From the IMG/VR virus record IMGVR_UViG_3300020044_000836, positions 1 through 24,809 of that record: 24,809 nt of DNA; one strand, written 5' to 3'. A program made the position numbers and the translations under genes. Below are positions 1-8,273 of this stretch, piece after piece (the stretch's first letter is position 1; each line of letters starts with the position of its first letter). Source of the DNA: a virus. Taxonomy: Duplodnaviria > Caudoviricetes. The notes beneath the pieces were generated by a model that searched no databases, had not been told where the DNA came from, and was given only the letters and a program-made list of their open reading frames with translations.

Positions 1-402
1 CAATGATACAACATATGTTATTCTATCCATCATGTCATGAACTTCAATGTCCATTCCAGTAGTATAATTTTTGTAGTAATTAAATGCTCTGGTTTCTGGA
101 TTTTGTATAGCCTCCATCCAGTTATCAAACACTCGTTTAACATACATGTTTTTATCTACATAAAAAGACATGTTTAAATTATCGAATAGTTTTTCGTATG
201 GAACTTCTCTAAACTCACCGAATGTTCTATTTTGTGCAGTAGAGAAATTCATTCCTGGAAGTTGCACTTGATCACAGAATAAACTTAGTGTTCTAGGAAC
301 ATTAGATTCTAATCCATACAAAGGTGGAGTGAATCTTACCAGATATCTGTTTGATTTAGCCAATCCCTGAGATTTAACTTCTGAGATGAATTTGTCTAAC
401 AT
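1..402 (-). CDS. gp54: Baseplate-tail tube initiator (gp54/gp19 tail-tube fold), partial, runs off the left edge
   Basis: Not in the ORF track. Manual translation from ATG at 402 is open to base 1: MLDKFISEVKSQGLAKSNRYLVRF...LFCDQVQLPGMNFST...FGEFREVPYEKLFDNLNMSFYVD...FDNWMEAI. These motifs are typical of T4-like gp54/gp19 proteins; it lies directly downstream of gp2. Confidence 0.8.
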   Translation of the reverse strand, partial: MLDKFISEVKSQGLAKSNRYLVRFTPPLYGLESNVPRTLSLFCDQVQLPGMNFSTAQNRTFGEFREVPYEKLFDNLNMSFYVDKNMYVKRVFDNWMEAIQNPETRAFNYYKNYTTGMDIEVHDMMDRITYVVSL

Positions 403-403
403 A

Positions 404-1006
404 CTATGCTTTCCTTATTATCTTCTTTGAGTCTGCCCATATCTCAGCTTTACTGGCTCCAACAAATCTTTCTACTGGTAACAACATAGCAGTAGCCCAA
501 TCTTTAGATGTAATCTGTCTAAACTGACTTCTTACATGATTAGATAGATACTGCTTCACGCATGGTTTAGCTGCAGCGAATCTTGACACACCATCAATTA
601 TTTGCCAAGAATACTTTAACTTAGTCATATCATCCATTCTTGTGTTACTTCTATAGATGAGTAAACTGTCTAATAAAGTTATTCTTAGTGGATATGGAAG
701 ATAATGCATATTTAAACCGATGAATCCATCTGGTGTTTTTCTAAATGGAAACACCAACGGAAATCTATCATAATAAGGCAATTCAGCCTTACCTTTTGGA
801 TCATATGCATACATGTACAAATGTCCAGGTTGTATTCTAGTGACTAATTGGTCTTCTCTACCATTGAGCACTTTAGCTGGAGTGATGTTCTGCCTACTCA
901 ATAAGAGTACTTGTTGTTCGAACCACGCACGAGACTTTTTAACTGTCGTTTCTAAGTCGTACTTATTTCGTTCGAATACATCTTTGATTGTTATTCGTTT
1001 AGGCAT
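404..1006 (-). CDS. gp2: DNA end protector protein
   Basis: Motifs GHLYMYAYDPKGKAELPYYDRFPLVF, GLNMHYLP, PCVKQYL..HVRS, W..AMLLPVERF are characteristic of T4 gp2; adjacent to gp4 sequence. Confidence 0.92.
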   Translation of the reverse strand: MPKRITIKDVFERNKYDLETTVKKSRAWFEQQVLLLSRQNITPAKVLNGREDQLVTRIQPGHLYMYAYDPKGKAELPYYDRFPLVFPFRKTPDGFIGLNMHYLPYPLRITLLDSLLIYRSNTRMDDMTKLKYSWQIIDGVSRFAAAKPCVKQYLSNHVRSQFRQITSKDWATAMLLPVERFVGASKAEIWADSKKIIRKA

Positions 1007-1012
1007 ATTAGT

Positions 1013-1020
1013 TATTTAGG
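1013..1020 (-). promoter_or_regulatory. Putative T4-type late promoter (CCTAAATA) for gp2
   Basis: Reverse complement reads CCTAAATA just upstream of the gp2 ATG at 1006. Variant of the T4 gp55 consensus TATAAATA; the same octamer precedes gp4 and gp25. Confidence 0.6.
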
Positions 1021-1143
1021 TGACAACCCTAACTCGTATTCAGTTATAATTTTGAATTCCCATCCTCTATTTTTGGCAAATTCAGTGGCAGCTTTCCATT
1101 TAGCTTGATTCTTCATAAATACTAGAGACTCGGTGATATATCG

Positions 1144-1219
1144 TTTGGTCTGTTTTCCTGGAAACTCTGGTGGTTGCGTTTGTTTAGATGGTTTCACTTC
1201 TATTAAGTATGTCTTTAAA
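1144..1219. repeat. 76-bp perfect inverted repeat, left arm
   Basis: TTTGGTCTGTTTTCCTGGAAAC...GTATGTCTTTAAA is the exact reverse complement of 2354..2429, compared base by base. Confidence 0.97.
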
Positions 1220-2065
1220 CTCTGGATGCATATGGTACTTGAATTCGTTTATAATTTTTCTGACTGACCTAGCTTCTTTTTCATCTTTTGGAAAAAACTG
1301 GTATTCAAACTGGAATGATCTAAAATCAACACCCTTAAATACTTGCTCTTTCTTTGGGTTTGCTGCAATGCCACTATAGGCTGAGTTGGCTCCAGCATTT
1401 GGTCCTTTGGATAAAGCCAGATTAGCTAACATTGCCTTTCCAGCAGGAACACCAGAACTAACACTACCAGTTGATACAGCTTTCATCACTTCTTCCCCTG
1501 CTGCGCCAGCCATCGCTAATATACTAGTATCATCCTCTGACCACTGCATACCATAACGAATCTGTAACTGGTTTGGGACATGTAACGCAATAGCAGTTTT
1601 TAATCGTTTCTGTGCACGAGTACCTTGTCCAGCAACTAATGCTCCAACGACTGCACCACCGACTGCACCAGCAGCACCAGCCTTTGCTGCACCCTTAATG
1701 TCACCTGTGAATAATCCACCTGCGACTATACCGCCAATACCACCAGCAGTAGCGTTTGCTGCAGTTAAATTAACTGGATTTCCAGCAGCATCTCCTTGAT
1801 CTCTTGGAGGATAATCTGCAACAGTTTCTGCATTTTCAACTTTAATTATTTTAGAGTCTTCAGATACATTGATGTAAAACACAACATAGTTTCCACCATA
1901 TTCATATTTGTTGTTATACAAATCATCTGGATATGTATGTTGTCCAATAGAGTATTTGTCAGAAGAAAACTCTGATGCTTCTCCTCTTGGTGTATAAAGA
2001 TTTGGAGGAGGCTGTTTTTCTGGTTTGACTTCAGGTGATCCCGCTTGTCTGTCTATGCTTGGCAT
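1184..2065 (-). CDS. gp48: Baseplate tail-tube cap gp48, C-terminally truncated; last 8 aa come from out-of-frame gp4 sequence
   Basis: YP.DL, IALHVP, NPKKEQVFKGVDFRSFQFEYQFFPK...EA..V.KII..FKYHMHP are gp48 motifs. After HPEFKD the frame is inside the repeat (ILNRSETI-stop) and the usual C-terminal part is missing. Confidence 0.85.
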   Translation of the reverse strand: MPSIDRQAGSPEVKPEKQPPPNLYTPRGEASEFSSDKYSIGQHTYPDDLYNNKYEYGGNYVVFYINVSEDSKIIKVENAETVADYPPRDQGDAAGNPVNLTAANATAGGIGGIVAGGLFTGDIKGAAKAGAAGAVGGAVVGALVAGQGTRAQKRLKTAIALHVPNQLQIRYGMQWSEDDTSILAMAGAAGEEVMKAVSTGSVSSGVPAGKAMLANLALSKGPNAGANSAYSGIAANPKKEQVFKGVDFRSFQFEYQFFPKDEKEARSVRKIINEFKYHMHPEFKDILNRSETI

Positions 2066-2078
2066 TTATTACCCTTAA

Positions 2079-2120
2079 CCTAAATAAAAGTGGTTATTTA
2101 TTCCTAATTACTTATTTATG
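2079..2120. promoter_or_regulatory. Divergent late promoter region between gp48 and gp4
   Basis: CCTAAATA on + at 2079..2086 points to gp4. AATAAATA (2095..2102) and CATAAATA (2113..2120) on - point to gp48. Confidence 0.6.
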
Positions 2121-2453
2121 TTCCATAAAAGAAGATTCATTCCAATATTTCCTGAGAAATACACAGGAGACCCCACAAATATCATTATGAGGTCTAGCTG
2201 GGAAACACGATTCGCTTCTTGGTGTGACAAAAACCCGAGTATAGTTAAATGGAGTTCAGAGGAGACGATTGTTCCCTATCGTTGTCCTACAGATAGCCTA
2301 TTGCATCGTTATTTTGTAGATTTCAAGATACAAGTAAAGACCAAGGACAATGTTTTAAAGACATACTTAATAGAAGTGAAACCATCTAAACAAACGCAAC
2401 CACCAGAGTTTCCAGGAAAACAGACCAAAGATAAAATTAAGGATGGTCTATAA
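2118..2453 (+). CDS. gp4: Head completion protein gp4 (TnsA-like nuclease fold), N-terminal 104 aa fused to a foreign 7-aa tail
   Basis: P..PEKYTGDPTNII.RSSWE..F..WCD.NP.I.KWSSEE..VPY, HRYFVDF and LIEVKP are gp4 motifs. Ends DKIKDGL instead of the N.AKW.AA...GW.F.IITE region, which lies at 1012..1143 on the - strand. Confidence 0.88.
   Translation: MFHKRRFIPIFPEKYTGDPTNIIMRSSWETRFASWCDKNPSIVKWSSEETIVPYRCPTDSLLHRYFVDFKIQVKTKDNVLKTYLIEVKPSKQTQPPEFPGKQTKDKIKDGL
2354..2429. repeat. 76-bp perfect inverted repeat, right arm
   Basis: TTTAAAGACATAC...GGAAAACAGACCAAA is the exact reverse complement of 1144..1219. Confidence 0.97.
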
Positions 2454-3211
2454 TGTATTTTAAAGAATTTTCAAATATATTTTATGATTATGATATCACA
2501 ACACAGATTGGAACTGGAACTCAAGCAGTGGCTACTGCAGCTATTGGTGGTGGAATAGTAACATCAGTTGCTATTACTGATGGTGGTACAGGATATACTG
2601 ACGCAATAGTAACATTCACTCCACCAAACACTGAACCTGGAGTTACTGCTACTGCTAGAGCAATTGTTTCAAATGGAGTTATTACTCAGATAGTTATGAT
2701 AAATGGTGGGGTTGGTTATACTTTACCACCTACTGTCATTATTAGTAGTCCATGGAAAGTATTACCAACTATAACAAAGTCTTTTATTGTCAAAGATATA
2801 ACAAAAAACATTCGTTTTCGTAGAGATGTTTTAGCAAACATAGCGTTATATGATGAGTATGATATTATTGACGGAGAAACTCCAGAAATTCTTGCTGAAC
2901 GACTTTATGGCAATCCAGAGTATCATTGGATTGTTATGTTAGCGAATGATAGATATGATTATAGAAACGATTGGCCACTTACACAAGTGAATTTAGATCA
3001 GTATATAGTAGACAAATATGGTGCAAATGCGAATAATGTTCATCATTATGAAAATTCTAAGGGTCTCACAGTAGATTCAGACTACCCTAATGCAGTTCCA
3101 ATAACTAATGCTAACTATGAAGAGCAGTTAAATGAAGGTAAACGAAGAATAAAAATTATTTCAAATTCGATCATTTCTACTGTATTGAAAAACTTTAAAG
3201 ATCAAATGTAA
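2453..3211 (+). CDS. gp53: Baseplate wedge protein gp53 with an inserted GGxGY repeat segment
   Basis: MYFKEF..I.YD start; LysM-like YDIIDGETPEILAERLYGNPEYHWIVMLAND; DWPL; HHYE; NANYEEQLNEGKRRIKII. TAATG overlap with the upstream ORF. Confidence 0.9.
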   Translation: MYFKEFSNIFYDYDITTQIGTGTQAVATAAIGGGIVTSVAITDGGTGYTDAIVTFTPPNTEPGVTATARAIVSNGVITQIVMINGGVGYTLPPTVIISSPWKVLPTITKSFIVKDITKNIRFRRDVLANIALYDEYDIIDGETPEILAERLYGNPEYHWIVMLANDRYDYRNDWPLTQVNLDQYIVDKYGANANNVHHYENSKGLTVDSDYPNAVPITNANYEEQLNEGKRRIKIISNSIISTVLKNFKDQM

Positions 3212-4503
3212 TGGAAGAATCAAAATCATTAAGGTTTGCTGGTGATGTCACTATTAATAAAATTCAGATTATTTCTAGTTCTGGATTTTATCAAAATGTT
3301 ACTGCGCAAGTTTTAACTGTTCAATATTATGAGGATATATTTTCCCCATTTATTAGTGGCAGTTTAATTTTAAAAGACACGCTGGATTTACCGAATCTTT
3401 TCCCATTCGTAGGAGAAGAGTATGTTGATTTAGATATTTCCACTCCAGGGATTGAGAAAGACAGCATTAAAGGTAGATACTATATCTACAAAATGACTGA
3501 CAGAGAAATTCTTGGTGATAAGTCTACCACCTATCAGTTACATTTTATATCTGTTGAAGCAATTATAGACTTAAATAAAAAAGTGAGTAAGGCTATTACT
3601 GGTAATGCAGCAGAAGTTGTTAAAAAAATAGTGGCAGATAAAGTAGATGGTTTACAATCTTCTAAACAATGTTTTGTAGAGCCAACAACTAAATCAGTTA
3701 AGTTTATTCCTAACTTCTGGTCGCCTGTTAAATGCATACAGAATATAACAGAACAAGCTGTTAATCAGAATCAATCACCTAGTTATGTATTCTTTGAAAA
3801 TAGATTTGGATTCTATTTCCTTTCATTAGAGTCTTTATATGACAATAATGTATACCAAGAATTTAAATACGACAAGTATAGTCGTGATAAAACTGGATCA
3901 GGTGCCAATCATGGTGATGCAAAAAATCCATCTGAAGATTATAAGAGAATAACCCAAGTAACTATTCCAAAGTCATTTGATTATATGGATAGAATCATGA
4001 ATGGAGCGTTTGCGACAAAAGCCATTTCTTTTGATCTTACCTATAAAAGATATCAGGTGAAAAACTATAATATGTTTGATAATTTTGCAAAGAAAAAACA
4101 TTTGAACGCTAATGCTATATCTTCATCTAAATCTATTTTTAGAACTGCTTCAAAAATTATAACTTATCCTAGGGCTACAGAAACCTTTACTGGATTTGGT
4201 GATACCTCTACATTCAAAACATTCCAAGATAGATTATCCTTATTTAAACAATTGGAAGCAATGAAACTGGAAATTGAAGTTCCAGGTAGAACAGATTATA
4301 CTGTTGGGCAAAAAGTGGCTGTAGAGTTTACTAAAATGGAACCAACAACTAAAAAAGAATCTAATGAAGATACTGTTGATAAATTATATTCTGGAAATTA
4401 TATTGTAGCAGCGGTTAATCATTATATTGATAGAGACATGCATACATGTCACATGGAATTAGTTAAAGATAGTTTACAAATGAATCTTGAGAGTGGAAAA
4501 TAA
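3211..4503 (+). CDS. Putative baseplate hub protein (gp27/GpD-like fold)
   Basis: Sits between gp53 and gp5. YEDIFSPFISGSL...D, YVFFENRFGFYF.SLE and C-terminal IEVPG..D.TVG...SGNYIV..VNH fit GpD/gp27-type hub proteins. Confidence 0.65.
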   Translation: MEESKSLRFAGDVTINKIQIISSSGFYQNVTAQVLTVQYYEDIFSPFISGSLILKDTLDLPNLFPFVGEEYVDLDISTPGIEKDSIKGRYYIYKMTDREILGDKSTTYQLHFISVEAIIDLNKKVSKAITGNAAEVVKKIVADKVDGLQSSKQCFVEPTTKSVKFIPNFWSPVKCIQNITEQAVNQNQSPSYVFFENRFGFYFLSLESLYDNNVYQEFKYDKYSRDKTGSGANHGDAKNPSEDYKRITQVTIPKSFDYMDRIMNGAFATKAISFDLTYKRYQVKNYNMFDNFAKKKHLNANAISSSKSIFRTASKIITYPRATETFTGFGDTSTFKTFQDRLSLFKQLEAMKLEIEVPGRTDYTVGQKVAVEFTKMEPTTKKESNEDTVDKLYSGNYIVAAVNHYIDRDMHTCHMELVKDSLQMNLESGK

Positions 4504-7500
4504 TGTCATCATTTTATACAGGTATTGTTGAGAATAGATCTGACCCATTAAGAATTGGTCGTTGTCAAGTTCGTATCGTTGGTTTACACACACACGATAA
4601 GAATCAACTTCCAACTTCAGACCTTCCTTGGTCTATGCCAGTGCAACCAATTGGTTCTGCTGCAATGAATGGTATCGGATATACCCCAGTTGGTCCAGTT
4701 GAAGGAACAACTGTCATTATCATGTTTGCAGATCCAGAACTGCAATACCCAATTATGCTTGGCACTGTTGGTGGAATTTCTACCGCACCAAAGGCTATTG
4801 ATGATGATGATTCTAGATCTGAAATAACTTCTCAGAAAACTAAAGACATTTCTGTTAGAACAGTTCCTGGACCAACAAACGGTAAACAATTAACTTTATA
4901 CGATCCAGAAAATGGATCTACTAATTTAACATCTGACCTAAAAGCCAATATGAGAGTTATTGGTCACCAGATGCTTGATGGTACATATATTGTTTCTGTT
5001 GATAGTGGAACTCAAATAACTATTAGCCAAGAGGTTGCTGGTTACGAAGAAAACATTTTAAAATTTGAAGATCCTCCTACTAATTTAAGCGCAGTATCTG
5101 CAAGTAAAGTAGAAAATGTTTTAACGGATTCAAATGGTAAACCAGTGTTAGATGGATCTGGATTTCCTGTTAAAACAACACCACCCGCAGCGAGTGCAAC
5201 TAATCCAGAAACGCCAAAGGCATCTTCAACTAACGATTCTATTCCTACAGTTCCACCACCAAAATCATCTAGTAATGTTTCGAGATCTTCAGCAGGTATT
5301 AAAGCACTGATTTCTGCTTGTGACAAAGTTGGTTTAACAACTAAAGAACAAAAATGTGCATTGTTAGGTATTGCTGGTGGTGAAACTGCATGGCAATCTA
5401 TCCAAGAAGCATATAATTATAGTGAGGCTAGACTAAGACAAATTTTTAGAGTCACAGATGAGGAAGTTGCAAGATATGCTAATGCTCCAGCAAAGGGTGT
5501 AACAAGAGAACAATTTTTCTCTTGGATATATGGACCAACTAAACGAGGTAAGGGTTTCTTTGGACATACTACTGATGCCATGGGTGGTAAGTATTATGGT
5601 CGTGGATTTATTCAACTCACTGGTTATTCAAACTACAAACGATACAATGATTTAGCAAATAAACTTGGATTGGGTATTGACATTGTAAACAACCCAGATT
5701 CTCTTGATAATGATATCAATGTTTCTGCTTTAGTCGCTGCTTTATACATTAAAGATAGAACTCCTTCTAATGTTAAGTCAACAGATCATCCTGGATATTT
5801 TTATGCAGCAAAGAAAGCTGTTGGTATAAATTCTCCAGATATCGCAGCAAGAAAACTTGCTTACTATGAATATTTTTATGGTTCAAAGGCAGCAACTACT
5901 CCAGAAAAGGATGCCACGCCACCAGCGGTTGAGCCACCACCAGATGGAAGCAACCCAACTCCTGGACCATCAGCAGAGTCTACTGCTAGTGGATCAAACA
6001 ATACTGGATTTAGAGATCCAAATAATAAGTATCCATTAAAAGATTATTTAAACGAACCTGACACAAATCGTTTAGCTCGTGGTGTTAAAGAAGGAACTGT
6101 CATCGAAAAGAAAGATGGCACGAGAGTTACAGGTGTACTCAAAGCAAATGGTGAGGGATCTTGGGATCAACCACTAGCACCATTTGGAGCACAGTACCCA
6201 TATAATAAAGTTATGGAAACTGAGTCTGGACATGTACAGGAATGGGATGACACTCCAGGTCAAGAAAGAATTCATACTTACCATCGTTCTGGTACATTTA
6301 CTGAGATAGACTCTCAAGGAACTCAAGTTAACTTTATTGTTGGCGATAATTTTGTTTTAATGGAACGAAATGGTTGCGTCGAAGTTAAAGGTGAATGTAA
6401 CATTACTGTTGACGGTAATACTAACATCTACGCTAGATCAGATGCAAATATTCAGGTAGAAGCCAATGCTAATATTAAAGTTGGAAACAATTTGGATGTT
6501 GGCGTAGCAAACGATGTTTACATGGCAGCTGGTGGTGACTTCTTAATTAAAGCAGCAGGTAATTTTAATGTACAAGCTGCAAATATTAGTCAGAAAGCAG
6601 AAGCTGTAAATATTGAGTCATCTGGAGATATGAATATTCTTGCTGGCGCAACTTTACATGCGGATTATTCTGAGGGTCAATTTGGTAATGGTGCATCTGG
6701 TGCAAGTGATGTGGAGTTAACTCCACCTGCTGCTGGACAACCTGTTAATCCAACTGTACCATTTTTAATTCCACCAGACAGAAAGTTTGAAGATAATGCA
6801 TCAGCAGAAACTCCTCAAGATATAGATACTCCTGAAGGAAGAGCAGCTGTAGCACAGAAGTCTCACAAAGATGGTGTGCCAAACGCACCAGCACCAGTAG
6901 CAGCAGAAACTGCTCCACCTCCTGCTGGTGGAACTAATACTACTGTTCCAGTTAGCTGTGAGGTTATCTACCAAACAAAGAACTTTACTAATGATTACAG
7001 AATGTCCAAGAACTTTACTCTTGGTATGTTGATCGATGGTGGCGTTGGTGGCAGACACAGACTTCAAGATCAAATGCTTAGTGATGTCGCCTCTGGAACA
7101 GCAGCTGGGAATCTTAGAGTTTACACTATTCAAGAAATTATGTGTAATTTAGCAACTACTGCTCAAAACATGTTAGAGCCAATAGTTGATATACTTCCAG
7201 GTGGTATGGGTGGTTATAAGAAACAATGGGTTGTTACATCTGGATATAGATTGAAAGGTGTTCTACCTCAAGAATCTCCAACATCATCTCATTGTAAGGG
7301 TTTTGCTCTTGATATTGGATTGTCTATTCCAGACCGTAATAATAAAACATATGAAATTATACAAAAGATTGAAAAACTTATTCCATATGATCAACTGATA
7401 TTAGAATATAGAGACCCAAATCAATGCTGGATCCATATGGGATACGCAGGTAAGGGTCTTAGAAAACAAGCGTTCACCATGGTCAATGATAAAACATATC

Positions 7501-7565
7501 AAGGTACTTATCCAAAGGGTGGGTTTATATTAGTTAACAATATACCACCACCAGCTAAGAAATAA
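4503..7565 (+). CDS. gp5: Baseplate hub / central spike gp5 with GH19 and peptidase M15A domains
   Basis: N-terminal OB fold (GIVENRSDPLRIGRCQVRIVGLH...LPW), YYGRGFIQLTG (GH19), YPYNKV.ETESGH..EWDDTPG.ERIH.YHRSGTF.EID followed by beta-helix repeats, then SGYR...H-x6-D...WIH (M15A). Confidence 0.93.
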   Translation: MSSFYTGIVENRSDPLRIGRCQVRIVGLHTHDKNQLPTSDLPWSMPVQPIGSAAMNGIGYTPVGPVEGTTVIIMFADPELQYPIMLGTVGGISTAPKAIDDDDSRSEITSQKTKDISVRTVPGPTNGKQLTLYDPENGSTNLTSDLKANMRVIGHQMLDGTYIVSVDSGTQITISQEVAGYEENILKFEDPPTNLSAVSASKVENVLTDSNGKPVLDGSGFPVKTTPPAASATNPETPKASSTNDSIPTVPPPKSSSNVSRSSAGIKALISACDKVGLTTKEQKCALLGIAGGETAWQSIQEAYNYSEARLRQIFRVTDEEVARYANAPAKGVTREQFFSWIYGPTKRGKGFFGHTTDAMGGKYYGRGFIQLTGYSNYKRYNDLANKLGLGIDIVNNPDSLDNDINVSALVAALYIKDRTPSNVKSTDHPGYFYAAKKAVGINSPDIAARKLAYYEYFYGSKAATTPEKDATPPAVEPPPDGSNPTPGPSAESTASGSNNTGFRDPNNKYPLKDYLNEPDTNRLARGVKEGTVIEKKDGTRVTGVLKANGEGSWDQPLAPFGAQYPYNKVMETESGHVQEWDDTPGQERIHTYHRSGTFTEIDSQGTQVNFIVGDNFVLMERNGCVEVKGECNITVDGNTNIYARSDANIQVEANANIKVGNNLDVGVANDVYMAAGGDFLIKAAGNFNVQAANISQKAEAVNIESSGDMNILAGATLHADYSEGQFGNGASGASDVELTPPAAGQPVNPTVPFLIPPDRKFEDNASAETPQDIDTPEGRAAVAQKSHKDGVPNAPAPVAAETAPPPAGGTNTTVPVSCEVIYQTKNFTNDYRMSKNFTLGMLIDGGVGGRHRLQDQMLSDVASGTAAGNLRVYTIQEIMCNLATTAQNMLEPIVDILPGGMGGYKKQWVVTSGYRLKGVLPQESPTSSHCKGFALDIGLSIPDRNNKTYEIIQKIEKLIPYDQLILEYRDPNQCWIHMGYAGKGLRKQAFTMVNDKTYQGTYPKGGFILVNNIPPPAKK

Positions 7566-7567
7566 TA

Positions 7568-7867
7568 ATGTCAGCATTAACATATAAAGGTGCATTATCA
7601 AAAGGAAGTGATGGTGGATCACCAACTGGACTAAACACCAAAGTACAGTGCACTAAAAGTTATGTCGCAGAAGGGTTAATAGGAACAGTCGGAGATCAGT
7701 TTGATGCACATACAGTTGGAAACACGACACATCAAACTTCTCAGAGACAAATAACTTCTGGTGCTTCTAAGACTTTCTTCGAAGGGAATGCTGCAGCAAG
7801 AGTGAATGACCCAATAGCAGATGGAGATATGGTAGACCAAGGATCTGCAAAAACTATAGTAGAATAA
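7568..7867 (+). CDS. gp5.4: PAAR spike-tip protein
   Basis: 99 aa; AAARVNDPI..GD.V.QGS.K motif; located between gp5 and gp25. Confidence 0.85.
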   Translation: MSALTYKGALSKGSDGGSPTGLNTKVQCTKSYVAEGLIGTVGDQFDAHTVGNTTHQTSQRQITSGASKTFFEGNAAARVNDPIADGDMVDQGSAKTIVE

Positions 7868-7875
7868 CCTAAATA
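7868..7875 (+). promoter_or_regulatory. Putative late promoter (CCTAAATA) upstream of gp25
   Basis: Occupies most of the 13-bp gap between gp5.4 and gp25; identical to the octamers upstream of gp2 and gp4. Confidence 0.6.
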
Positions 7876-7880
7876 AGAAT

Positions 7881-8273
7881 ATGGCCAAAACAGCAAGAAT
7901 TTTTTCAGATCTAGACCTAAATTTCACTGCACATCCAGTGACGAAGGATGTATCACGCAAATACGACGAGAATGCGATAAAAACTTCATTAAGAAATCTT
8001 GTTTTAACTAGTAATTACGAGAGACCATTCCATAGCGAAATAGGAAGTCCGATTAAGCGTTTACTATTTGAACCAGCTGGTCCAATGTTAGCCATGACTT
8101 TAAAAAGAGCTATCGTTGATCTAGTTAATAATTTTGAACCAAGAGTAGATCTCATTGATGTATCAGTCTCCTTCTCTGGAGATAATAATGCGGTTTATGT
8201 GACAGTAGAATTTAAAGTTATCAATACCGAGAGACCATTAACTCTCGAACTTGTATTAGAGAGAACACGATAA
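7881..8273 (+). CDS. gp25: Baseplate wedge subunit / sheath initiator gp25
   Basis: FSDLDLNF..HP.TKDV, AIK.SLRNLVLT...ERPF...IGS.I..LLFE, NFEPRV. Confidence 0.93.
   Translation: MAKTARIFSDLDLNFTAHPVTKDVSRKYDENAIKTSLRNLVLTSNYERPFHSEIGSPIKRLLFEPAGPMLAMTLKRAIVDLVNNFEPRVDLIDVSVSFSGDNNAVYVTVEFKVINTERPLTLELVLERTR

Larger units (their letters stand above)
1012..1219 (-). pseudogene. gp4: C-terminal fragment of head completion protein gp4, separated from its N-terminus by an inversion
   Basis: Reads LKTYLIEVKPSKQTQPP...NQAKWKAATEFAKNRGWEFKIITEYEL, the gp4 C-terminal signature. The ORF track starts it at an internal GTG (1197). Shares a 76-bp inverted duplicate with the N-terminal half at 2118..2453. 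Confidence 0.85.

Noticed and set aside
813-1379. Plus-strand ORFs 813..1019 and 1188..1379
   Set aside because: Antisense to gp2 and gp48, with no recognisable motifs.
1144-2429. IS element or transposon with terminal inverted repeats
   Set aside because: The interior encodes gp48 and gp4, not a transposase; no target-site duplication is seen; the repeats are gp4 coding sequence.
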